A DNA stretch of 63,293 nt, from positions 1 through 63,293 of IMG/VR virus record IMGVR_UViG_3300036980_000702, one strand, 5' to 3'. Positions 18,152 to 27,215 of the stretch are shown piece after piece. The DNA comes from a virus (lineage: Duplodnaviria; Caudoviricetes). The position numbers and the translations under genes are program-made. The notes under the pieces are model-generated. The model searched no databases, had not been told where the DNA came from, and was given only the letters and a program-made list of their open reading frames with translations. Within the stretch, counting starts at the first letter, position 1; every line of letters starts with the position of its first letter.

Positions 18152-20008
18152 CTATAAAACCTCCCTGGTTATAGTAGATTTAATTTCCAGATAATCAAAA
18201 CTGTGTGGGGTTGGACCGGTCTCCTCAATTTCAAAATAAATACTTCTGAACCGGTTCGTATTATCTACCCGGTGAAGTGGACTGGTTGAAGAAGTGTCAA
18301 GTTCATCCTCACTCACTAATAGATCCCCGTCATCGGGAATATCCTCATCCCCAAGTTGAAACTCACCGAGATATGTTCCAATAAATGAAAAGGTATCCGT
18401 TACACTCCCGGAAGCGGGACTATCTTGATTGGCGTTCCACCGAATTGTAACCGATTGCCCGTCTTTCAGATTCATAATTTGAATGCTTCGGAGGCATTGT
18501 TCAAACCCCGGAATGTTGCATTCCATACGGGTTTTGAAGTAACAGGAGATATCCACATCGTTGTCGGTATTACCGGTAAACATAGTGTAAACATGACCTT
18601 CACTCGAAGACCCGGCGTGTAAGGTGTTATCCTCATATCGAATCATCCGGGACATTATTAATCCGTCCATTGGGTACCACTGACCGCGGTATGTATCAAA
18701 GACCATAGTCCTGTCATTATAAGTCCCGTTGTCAGTATTCGGATAAGTCAGCACAAAATAATGACCAAACCAACCGACGGCGCACTTGGCTTTATTGGTT
18801 TCACTAATATCCTTGAGTTCATCGTAGATGTTTGCCGAGATATTAACCGCTCCGGTTGAGTCTGAATATTGCCAAACCCCATCCGGTCCAAACCAACGGA
18901 GGAACCCATCCGGACAGTCAACCAAAGTTTTCTGATCGTACGCTCCGGACGGCGGGCCGGAAATAACCTGCAAAGTTCCACTGAACGGGAAAACGTCCGA
19001 AGGTTCGCCAATGATCCAATAGGTCTTATGTCTTTTGGTAACAAACAATCTGCCATTGTAACGTATCATCCCGGTAATGGCCTGACCATCGTCACGGTCA
19101 CAGGATACCCATGATGCAACGTCAACCCCGCCGTTAGTATGGAACCGGTCGTAATAATCACCCATAGAGAAATATACTCGGGTCGGATAATTCGGATCTC
19201 TGGTCAACCACATGCGTTCCTGGTGAACTACGGGAGTTTTACCATGCGGATGCACTCCGGAGATTGCAACACCGTTTTCATCAAGTAGTGAAAGGAGGGT
19301 GGCCCCACCGGTAGTCCCGAAATAAATATCAGTCCCATCAGTAAAGAAATATTTACCCCACCAGGAAACAAATTCGATTTCGTCCGCTGCAGTAAGCGAT
19401 GGGAAGGTTAGGGTATTGTTGGCAAGATCCGTATCGTCTCCAGTGTAAACCACAGATACCGAACCCGACAAACCCCATGTTCCAACCGCATCCAAGGTAA
19501 TAGTTCCATCTCCAGTTCGACTTCCGGTAGCCATCAAAAAAACAGGATTTACAGTTGAACCATAATAAATATCTACAGTTCGCGTTGTACTGGAGTTGGT
19601 TAACTGCCAGTGAATATCTACGTTCAGATCACTTCCACCAACCAAAATCCAATTGCTCAACTGGTTTGAAGCATCCCCGGCTTCAACGACCGAAGTCAAT
19701 AAAAACGGGCTAAAAACTGAAGAGTTCAAATCGTAGACTTTGGTCCCGCATTTCGCAAAAGTCCGGTAAGAAGCTCCGTCATAAAAACGAAAAAGCCCGG
19801 TTATTCCTACACCTGCCGAAAATAGTTCAACTTCATTATCACTGAGAAACCCTTCTCGTTTAGTTAATCCCTGGTCATTGGCGAAATAATTAAACATATT
19901 AGAAGATTCCCCAGGCTGAAGGTCGTTATTGCTAACCCCTAGTTTTACACCCTTAAATCCCCCAGTTTCAGGTTGACCGATTACCCATGTTCGATTATTA
20001 GAATTCAT
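18152..20008 (-). CDS. Podovirus tail nozzle / stabilisation protein
   Basis: 618-aa beta-propeller-like protein following the adaptor (HQERMW...RVYFS; DGQAITG). Confidence 0.75.
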   Translation of the reverse strand: MNSNNRTWVIGQPETGGFKGVKLGVSNNDLQPGESSNMFNYFANDQGLTKREGFLSDNEVELFSAGVGITGLFRFYDGASYRTFAKCGTKVYDLNSSVFSPFLLTSVVEAGDASNQLSNWILVGGSDLNVDIHWQLTNSSTTRTVDIYYGSTVNPVFLMATGSRTGDGTITLDAVGTWGLSGSVSVVYTGDDTDLANNTLTFPSLTAADEIEFVSWWGKYFFTDGTDIYFGTTGGATLLSLLDENGVAISGVHPHGKTPVVHQERMWLTRDPNYPTRVYFSMGDYYDRFHTNGGVDVASWVSCDRDDGQAITGMIRYNGRLFVTKRHKTYWIIGEPSDVFPFSGTLQVISGPPSGAYDQKTLVDCPDGFLRWFGPDGVWQYSDSTGAVNISANIYDELKDISETNKAKCAVGWFGHYFVLTYPNTDNGTYNDRTMVFDTYRGQWYPMDGLIMSRMIRYEDNTLHAGSSSEGHVYTMFTGNTDNDVDISCYFKTRMECNIPGFEQCLRSIQIMNLKDGQSVTIRWNANQDSPASGSVTDTFSFIGTYLGEFQLGDEDIPDDGDLLVSEDELDTSSTSPLHRVDNTNRFRSIYFEIEETGPTPHSFDYLEIKSTITREVL

Positions 20009-20017
20009 GTTTCACCT

Positions 20018-20647
20018 CTACAATTCTAGAGCCCGGTCGGCGTTCATCCCGGACGAAAGATAATTTTTGAACTTTGTTAACTCTGATTGATACTCGTTTC
20101 CCCAGTAGATTGCCCGTTCCGAATCCGTTCCTTTATCGATAGCAAACATCTTTGCAACCAAAAAGTAAGAGATCAAGTAATGCCAAGCGGTAGGAACCTT
20201 GGACGGAGTATCGGTTAAAGTCAGATCCGCTGTTGGTCCATCAAAATACACCCGATTTAAAGTATAAGCATCGGCGGGAATCGGGTTAATTCCCATCTTG
20301 TCAACTTCGAGGTAATATTCGATAGGAATTCCAACTGCATTTAAAAGATAACTTACTTCAATATTTTGATATGCAACCGGCGTTAATTTACCCAGGCCAT
20401 TGTAATCAATTGACCTCATAGCTACAAACCCGGTCGGGTAGGTGTATTCCCTTTGGTTCGCCGTGGTAGTCAAGACATCAGTTGTCCTGCTGCACCGCGC
20501 CTCCCGGCAAATCTCCGCATACCCCAAATTAACCTGGCGCAAAGGCCAAGTTCGAGTAGGAGAATCATATTTGGATGCCGGTGAAGACTTGTCACTCGTC
20601 TCGTCAAACAGGTTAAAACTTTCACTGATGATATCATCAGTAGTCAT
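20018..20647 (-). CDS. Head-tail adaptor (tail tubular protein A-like)
   Basis: QREYTYP...P.EYY...INPIP...PTAWHYLISY pattern and gene position. Confidence 0.75.
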   Translation of the reverse strand: MTTDDIISESFNLFDETSDKSSPASKYDSPTRTWPLRQVNLGYAEICREARCSRTTDVLTTTANQREYTYPTGFVAMRSIDYNGLGKLTPVAYQNIEVSYLLNAVGIPIEYYLEVDKMGINPIPADAYTLNRVYFDGPTADLTLTDTPSKVPTAWHYLISYFLVAKMFAIDKGTDSERAIYWGNEYQSELTKFKNYLSSGMNADRALEL

Positions 20648-20659
20648 AAAACCACTCCC

Positions 20660-21334
20660 TTATCTGCTATATATTATTTTCAATCCCCATATCCTAAAAG
20701 GCACCGTACCGGTACTTGATTTAAAATATAGGGTATTGCAACGCATTGGAAGACCTTCGGTGTGTTGCTCGGACTTTTTAACGGTCATATCGCCGGCCTG
20801 AGAGTTCGCCGTAGTAATAACGTTGGTGGTATCCGCCGCCGCGTGGGCTGATGCGTCAGCCATATGATCAGTAAGATCCGCGCTAATCTCATTCATACAA
20901 GTGATTGCCGCCGACAAAGTTGTTGGGTCAGCCGCCGTTACCTGGTGAGCCGTGCCCGCCCCAGGGTGATAAGTTCCCGTTTCGGCATCATGGGCGTTAG
21001 TGGCATCTTTCAAGGCATGGATAGCCGCGCAAATAGCCGCAACCGTTTTGGTAGTAGTGGTTGCCGGTGCATTGTTAACCACATCGGCGGTTGTGTGAGT
21101 GCCGGACCCCATAGCGCAATGGGCAACATATTGGGCGTAAACGTCCAAATAAAGCATGTAGACCGAATCCAAACCATGTATATTGGTATCCGCCCCGCTC
21201 GATTCATCAAAGTTAAAAATGACACTGTTTGTAGTGTCATCGTTGGCGGCAAAAATAATCTCATCAACCTCAAAAGATTGATGTTTTTCAGTAGCGACGG
21301 CGTTTGTTTCCAAGCAAACCAATACTTTTGCCAT
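20660..21334 (-). CDS. Putative virion protein with a His/Ala/Thr-rich insert
   Basis: Within the structural operon; repeated H...H..AD motifs. Confidence 0.55.
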   Translation of the reverse strand: MAKVLVCLETNAVATEKHQSFEVDEIIFAANDDTTNSVIFNFDESSGADTNIHGLDSVYMLYLDVYAQYVAHCAMGSGTHTTADVVNNAPATTTTKTVAAICAAIHALKDATNAHDAETGTYHPGAGTAHQVTAADPTTLSAAITCMNEISADLTDHMADASAHAAADTTNVITTANSQAGDMTVKKSEQHTEGLPMRCNTLYFKSSTGTVPFRIWGLKIIYSR

Positions 21335-21339
21335 TTATA

Positions 21340-21792
21340 TCAACTCGCTTTCACGTAAGAATGAACCCCGGGAGTAGAGTAAACTATTTTCCCTTTTTCG
21401 ATCTTTTTTAAAGTTTTTTCGCGGGTGTCATCCATGTTTTCTTGATTCCTGGTCCTAATATGATCATCTTTGGCATCCATCGCAGCGATTATTTCCTTCG
21501 CGTCCCTATACCCAGCCCTACCCCAGCGCATATCGTCATAAACATACTGGCCCCAATGTCTAAAGGTGGTCTGAACACTCCAATATTCAACCGGATACGT
21601 CAACTTGACAGTTTCTCGACTCGAACCGACTAAAAAACCAGGCACCATTATCGATTCCTGGTCAAAAGTAAGTTTTGATATTTCCCATTCTCCTGAACGT
21701 GGGTTCCATTCTACTTTTAAAAGTGGGTCGTGAAGTTCTTCTCTGATCCGTTTGGTTTCGTCCGGCTTGTAAATAGGTTCCATTGTTGTCAC
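21340..21792 (-). CDS. Hypothetical structural-operon protein
   Basis: Tightly packed 150-aa ORF. Confidence 0.6.
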   Translation of the reverse strand: MTTMEPIYKPDETKRIREELHDPLLKVEWNPRSGEWEISKLTFDQESIMVPGFLVGSSRETVKLTYPVEYWSVQTTFRHWGQYVYDDMRWGRAGYRDAKEIIAAMDAKDDHIRTRNQENMDDTREKTLKKIEKGKIVYSTPGVHSYVKAS

Positions 21793-22188
21793 CTACTCCG
21801 TTACAATTTTAAGATCAATTAAAATCTCGATCATCCCGGAAGTGGAGATATTCCCCAATTGACCAACGGTTAAGGGTTCGATATTAATATTAACATCAAC
21901 CTCATTCAGTTCTCGGAGTTCCTTGTCGAACTCGATTCTGTTTATATCTGTAATGACATACTGGTTATTGTTAACCAAAGGTTGGTCGTTTTCGTCTCTC
22001 GAACAATATTTTTTACATAAATCAATTCGGTTTTCCGTGTAGTTTTGACTCTCTGGCTCTATTACTGAAATTTGTTTCTTGATCAAAAACCTTGTAACTA
22101 CCGGGATTTTTTCACCAAGTAATTCCCGTAACGCCAAAACGATAACTTCCAAATATCCTAATTTTAAATTCATGATCAAGCCCTCCAA
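21793..22188 (-). CDS. DUF1617-like fibre-associated protein
   Basis: KKYCSRDENDQP...FDKELREL motif; follows the fibre-like gene. Confidence 0.55.
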   Translation of the reverse strand: MEGLIMNLKLGYLEVIVLALRELLGEKIPVVTRFLIKKQISVIEPESQNYTENRIDLCKKYCSRDENDQPLVNNNQYVITDINRIEFDKELRELNEVDVNINIEPLTVGQLGNISTSGMIEILIDLKIVTE

Positions 22189-22210
22189 TTATTTATTTAT
22201 TTTATAAAAC

Positions 22211-22238
22211 AGAGAAGGAGCCGTTAAGCCCCTTCTCT
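22211..22238 (-). terminator. Intrinsic terminator
   Basis: AGAGAAGG...CCTTCTCT hairpin downstream of the 852-aa gene. Confidence 0.6.
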
Positions 22239-22259
22239 TAAAACCATTTAATTTGTCGA

Positions 22260-24818
22260 TTAAGCATACGTTGATGCCTTTAAAAGGATATCGTAGTCTA
22301 CATTGTCTATGCGGCAACGTAAACCGTGAGTAGCTGATACTGAACCGGTAGTATGGAATATATTGGTCGCCGATGATGCGGCTCCTATCCCAACTATTTC
22401 AAATAGACAACCAACGTCTTGAAAAGCGGTAATCGCCGTACTATTGCCGCCTGTTCCCATAAATAAAAAGCTGGTTCTGTGATTTGGAGTACAATTTGTA
22501 GCGCAATTTATTTCCGCTTCTAATGCCGCATAAGTTCCGGCTAAACCCGACACATTAGATGCAGGTAAAACTATTTCGGCGCAAAACGCAGAAAGTAAAC
22601 CGGAAGCGCGACCGTTAGTATTACAATCGACCTGAGCTTTAAGCGCGTTGGCCCAGCCGCCGAGGACTACATTGGTAGACATATGAACGTACATACGTCC
22701 ACCGCAACCGCCTGCACCAGTTAAGGTAGTATCGAAAATGGTTGAATTAATGGAAGTACCGGTTCCGTCCGCGCAAGTCATATAAACAGCCATACCGTAG
22801 TTAGCTGCCGCTGTTAATACTAAGCCACTTGCACCTGTTCCAGCGCCAATTTTGATGCCATTTTCGGCTGAACCAACCGGCATATAGATACCATAAGGCC
22901 AGACGGGAGTCCCTGAACTTCTGATCAATAATGCCGCAGAAGTTCCGCTATTAACAATAGTACCTGTTCCGGCAATATTGATATCAATACCGGTAAAGCT
23001 GCATCCACTATTAACGGTTAAATTTCCCGTACCAATTGTAGTGGCCGCGTTAATAGTTGTTGCTTCCGCAGTTCCGCTTAACGTAAAGCTATTACCTATT
23101 TGATTGAAAATATATGCTGCCCTAAACCCCCCATTCGTCATAGACAAAGAGTCAAGTATTCTCAACTGGCTAAATGATCCACATTGAGTTTTACCGCCTG
23201 TTTGACTAAGAGAAAGTAAGTATCTACAACGCAGGGGACTTAGTACATCACCAACTGCCGCAACGCCACCATCATCACAGTAAATCTGGACGCCACCGCT
23301 ATTATCGGTATCACCCGCTAATACAAGCCCGGAACCGGAAGTATTAGCTTTCACACCGATTTGAATAGGTACCGAAACAGATCCCACTGGCATATATAAA
23401 CCAATAGGCCAAGCCAAACCCACTGTAGTCTTATGAGTCGCAAAACCGGCCATAATTCCGGCAGTGGCGGTAAAAGCTGACATGTGCTGAATCGCTGCAA
23501 ACCCAGCTAATAATCCACCTGAATCAACGGTTGTACCTGAACCACCCAAGCGGGCAGATATACCAGCTGCACAGTAACTCGTTTTGATGTGACACAAGGT
23601 ATTGGTTTCAAAAGTTCCCATAATACCAGCGTGATAATGTCCAAACGAAGCATTTTTAACTACCAGTTGACCGATCAAACCGTAGGTTTCCTGATTAAAA
23701 TCAGTATCGGCTCCTGCGGAAACTAAATGCCGGAAACGTCCGGCTTTTGCGCTGTATGCGCCAGTTAAATCGGCAATTGATTCAGCAAAAACTGACACAA
23801 CATCTAATTGACCGGTATCCACGCCATCACTCATGGTTGTCGCCAAAACAACAGCGTTCCCGGTAGCTTGACTGGCTTTCCACGCACCTACCCTAATTGC
23901 AGCAGAAGTTACTCCTCTTGCGATGCAAATTCCAGTTGCAATTGCTCCTGTAGATTCGTTCTTTAGGTAAATACCATAATCTACATTGCCCGTTGCGCTA
24001 TTGGTTAAAAGCAAAATGGAAGAATCTCCAGTACCAAGATCAACTGTGCTCTTCCAATCACCCCAAATTGCGGACATGTATTTAGCCACCGTTAAGGTTC
24101 CGCCTGTACATGCCTCTATCCCGCCATATAGACCGGTAACCAAAACCGCCGTCCCGTTTAATACTCCAGCCACATTTGCAAAAAACTGACCGCCAGTTAG
24201 AACTCCAACGGCAGGCCACGCTGAACCGGAGAGTGTTATTCCGGTAAGCAATTTGGCATAACCATAATTAGCGCACATAGCACCGGTTCCGGTTCCGGAT
24301 AGAGTATAGTCCGCCCCAATGCCTATCATCGTTCCAGACGTTGACAAAAACTCACCTTTAAACTCATTGATATAGGTAACATCATTAGGAGCTACACCGC
24401 CTGAATTATTGGTATTTGCATGAGTATGAATTTTAAGACCATAACCGCCAGCAGCAGGAGCAGCGTTTAAGGTGGCACCAGTATTGCCAGTTACCTTTAA
24501 AGCAGTAGTCCCGGCTCCAATATCAATACCAGTGGCGCTAGTGGTAATTCTAAGTCCAGTAGTAGGGGCTCCGGAAATATTGATACCGTAAGTCTTGGAA
24601 CCGGATAAAGTTAATGTCCCGGTATACGCGGCGTCATCGAATGCGCTATCGCCGGCAACAAAACTCGACCCGTTATAAATCTTGGCAACGAAGTTAGTTT
24701 TATCGATCCATTCATCTCCTCCCTGCAATGGAGTACCATCATTCCTTCTGGTCGGAGTAGTATCCAAATAAATACGACAATGTCCGTCAGTATTTGGGAA
24801 AACAAAAGATCTTTTCAA
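22260..24818 (-). CDS. G/T/A-rich beta-solenoid protein, probable head fibre or decoration protein
   Basis: 852 aa directly after the capsid gene; repeats WPIGLYMPVGS and WPYGIYMPVGS. Confidence 0.6.
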   Translation of the reverse strand: MKRSFVFPNTDGHCRIYLDTTPTRRNDGTPLQGGDEWIDKTNFVAKIYNGSSFVAGDSAFDDAAYTGTLTLSGSKTYGINISGAPTTGLRITTSATGIDIGAGTTALKVTGNTGATLNAAPAAGGYGLKIHTHANTNNSGGVAPNDVTYINEFKGEFLSTSGTMIGIGADYTLSGTGTGAMCANYGYAKLLTGITLSGSAWPAVGVLTGGQFFANVAGVLNGTAVLVTGLYGGIEACTGGTLTVAKYMSAIWGDWKSTVDLGTGDSSILLLTNSATGNVDYGIYLKNESTGAIATGICIARGVTSAAIRVGAWKASQATGNAVVLATTMSDGVDTGQLDVVSVFAESIADLTGAYSAKAGRFRHLVSAGADTDFNQETYGLIGQLVVKNASFGHYHAGIMGTFETNTLCHIKTSYCAAGISARLGGSGTTVDSGGLLAGFAAIQHMSAFTATAGIMAGFATHKTTVGLAWPIGLYMPVGSVSVPIQIGVKANTSGSGLVLAGDTDNSGGVQIYCDDGGVAAVGDVLSPLRCRYLLSLSQTGGKTQCGSFSQLRILDSLSMTNGGFRAAYIFNQIGNSFTLSGTAEATTINAATTIGTGNLTVNSGCSFTGIDINIAGTGTIVNSGTSAALLIRSSGTPVWPYGIYMPVGSAENGIKIGAGTGASGLVLTAAANYGMAVYMTCADGTGTSINSTIFDTTLTGAGGCGGRMYVHMSTNVVLGGWANALKAQVDCNTNGRASGLLSAFCAEIVLPASNVSGLAGTYAALEAEINCATNCTPNHRTSFLFMGTGGNSTAITAFQDVGCLFEIVGIGAASSATNIFHTTGSVSATHGLRCRIDNVDYDILLKASTYA

Positions 24819-24839
24819 TTTGATTCACCCTTTCGTTAG

Positions 24840-24862
24840 AAAAGGGGCGGTTTGTCCGCCCC
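24840..24862 (-). terminator. Terminator after the major capsid gene
   Basis: GGGGCGG-tttgt-CCGCCCC with a U-tract on the minus strand. Confidence 0.75.
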
Positions 24863-24875
24863 ACTTCTTTAATGA

Positions 24876-26210
24876 TTACGCCGAATAAGCGTCTTTCAGG
24901 TCATAGATGGTTCCGCCTACCTCGAAGTTCTCGCAACCGTATTCCATAGTACCGGAAAGGTAAGCCGTCGCTCCGTCATAACCATTGAGTCTCTGCCATA
25001 GTCCGCCGTTCTCGGTCACAAAGTCGATTTCCCTGGTCAAATACTTGGTCATAAGTTTGATTGGGTTAATTGAAATTGCATTTGAAAACATCAACGGAGG
25101 GCAAACCATCTTAACGCCTTCGCACATAACGGTCTGGTAGGGCCAACCTTCGATGGTTGCGTTTTCCATAACGTACATCCCGGAATTTTGTTTCATAACG
25201 ATAAACTTATTCATGATTGCTTTTTCGGCAACCATAACAAGGTCGTTCAGTTTGGCGTTTCGAACGTTTTGCAGGAAGTCTAGCACTTCGACAATATTCA
25301 GGATCGTCCACTCTTTCGGGATTCCGGTGGCTGCCCCGGTTTCAATTAATCCAGCATCACTAACCCGGCATACGTGGGGAATAAGGTATTCATTATTTGT
25401 AACAGTTCGATCCGCATCGGCGCTACCCCAAAGTTTGTTAGTGGTTTTACCAAACAAGGACTTCATACCTTCGAATTCCTTGTTATACCCACCCCTTTGG
25501 TAAATCAATTGACCGTCCGCCAGCAAAGCGGCCAGAGTATCGGCGGCGGCATTGGTTGCACATTTAAGTTTGATCACATTGCTACCGGAAATAGTCTGAA
25601 TTTGTAGTCCTTCGGTTGCAGTTCCGCTAACTGAAGCGTGACCGGAAGTTAAAATGTCAACAAATATTCCCCTTTTGAAGTACCGCACCGGCCAACGAGT
25701 TCCACATATAGCAGTTCCGCCGCCATCGTCAACCGTAACAGTTACCCAAGTGTCAGTTTCGTTTGTAACCGTCGCCGACGCAACACAGGCAATAGGAGTA
25801 ACCCCGGCATCGCCGATTCCCATTCTTTCAACGGTGCATTTTAACGCAGATTCAACGCCCCGCATTTCTGCGTCAACTAGTTTAATAGCCCCGGTTCTAA
25901 AACCATCGGACATATCAATCAGTTTTCGCCAGTACTTGATCTGCGCGTCAATGTGTTTGGGGGTTCCCCGGTACGTCTGGAACTGGCATTCTCCGGGAGT
26001 CGGTAAAGCCCCGGTAACATCTGAACTCATTCCGATACCCCACGAATAACCAGTCTGGACCTTAACATTAAAGTTGCTTCCAACCTTCTCAATTTTATTG
26101 GCCGCTTTCAAAATACTCGTCCAAAACTCTTCCTCATAAATAGTAGATTGTAATCCGGGTATATAAACTTCGTATAATACATCATTAATGCTATTAATAT
26201 CCATACTCAT
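24876..26210 (-). CDS. Major capsid protein
   Basis: 444 aa, after the scaffold gene, followed by a terminator; MGIGD and FEGM motifs. Confidence 0.75.
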   Translation of the reverse strand: MSMDINSINDVLYEVYIPGLQSTIYEEEFWTSILKAANKIEKVGSNFNVKVQTGYSWGIGMSSDVTGALPTPGECQFQTYRGTPKHIDAQIKYWRKLIDMSDGFRTGAIKLVDAEMRGVESALKCTVERMGIGDAGVTPIACVASATVTNETDTWVTVTVDDGGGTAICGTRWPVRYFKRGIFVDILTSGHASVSGTATEGLQIQTISGSNVIKLKCATNAAADTLAALLADGQLIYQRGGYNKEFEGMKSLFGKTTNKLWGSADADRTVTNNEYLIPHVCRVSDAGLIETGAATGIPKEWTILNIVEVLDFLQNVRNAKLNDLVMVAEKAIMNKFIVMKQNSGMYVMENATIEGWPYQTVMCEGVKMVCPPLMFSNAISINPIKLMTKYLTREIDFVTENGGLWQRLNGYDGATAYLSGTMEYGCENFEVGGTIYDLKDAYSA

Positions 26211-26229
26211 TTAAAAACACCTCTTTGTA

Positions 26230-27141
26230 TTAAGTTTGAACTCCTACCCTTCTCAGGGCCTCAGTTAATCTTTCATTTGGATCCGTAAAAACTTTTGGAG
26301 ACTCAACCGCTGGAGGACCGCCTCCGGGGGTCAAGGTGGCTACATTTGCGTTAGCCTTAACTTTATTGGTCAAATTTTGTGCCGTTTGAACCTGCGCCGC
26401 CGTTCTGATTGATTCTTCGTATTTGGTAAGACCTCCCGACAATTGAACAATCAACCCGTCGACCACCAAGGGATATTCTTCGATAGTCTTTATTGGAATG
26501 CCAAATTTTGCAACTTGGTCCCAAAAAGCGTTTTGCATTTCTTGAGGAATCATAGCGTTTGTTTTTGTCTTAATCCCTAACTCGTATTGTTGCTGAACCC
26601 AATTTTCAAGCTTCGAAAGTCTTGGATCGTATTTTTGATCGACTTTTTCTACCGTTCTGCTTTCAACACGGTTCCCAAATTCATCATAATCCGACACGTC
26701 ACCATAAGGAGATGTTTGCTTTTGTTGCTGTTGTTGATCTCCAAACAATTCTCCATATAACTGAAAAGCTAAGGCTCGGTCCTTTTGTAATGCGATTCGA
26801 ATTGCTCCAGGAACATCGGAATCAATTGCATCTGCATAGGCGGCACGTTCTAAAACCTGATCAATCGCCCTGCCGTTCAATGCTTTTTCATATTCGGAAG
26901 CTTTTTTTTGGGCTTCGTTCATTCCTCTGAGTGCCGCTTGGTGAGTATTCCAATCAACCATTTGCTGTTGAGTCATTCCGCCACTAGACGGCGTGTTTGC
27001 TTGGTCTTGTCTGGCAGAAGTGTCAACATTTGTATTTGCATTCCCATCGTCCATCGGAGGGGTTCCCGGTTCTCCGCCTGGTTCCGCAAAGAATTGCAGG
27101 TCGAAATCAAACCGTTTCACTTGCTCCATGTTTTGAATCAT
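26230..27141 (-). CDS. Capsid scaffolding protein
   Basis: FDLQFFAE N-terminal motif typical of Bacillota phage scaffolds; between portal and capsid. Confidence 0.8.
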   Translation of the reverse strand: MIQNMEQVKRFDFDLQFFAEPGGEPGTPPMDDGNANTNVDTSARQDQANTPSSGGMTQQQMVDWNTHQAALRGMNEAQKKASEYEKALNGRAIDQVLERAAYADAIDSDVPGAIRIALQKDRALAFQLYGELFGDQQQQQKQTSPYGDVSDYDEFGNRVESRTVEKVDQKYDPRLSKLENWVQQQYELGIKTKTNAMIPQEMQNAFWDQVAKFGIPIKTIEEYPLVVDGLIVQLSGGLTKYEESIRTAAQVQTAQNLTNKVKANANVATLTPGGGPPAVESPKVFTDPNERLTEALRRVGVQT

Positions 27142-27215
27142 TTTAATACCAACCTTTTTATTTTATTTGACGGCTTTTCAGCTTGGTCATAAACCACATA
27201 AAAAAGGAGTCCATT

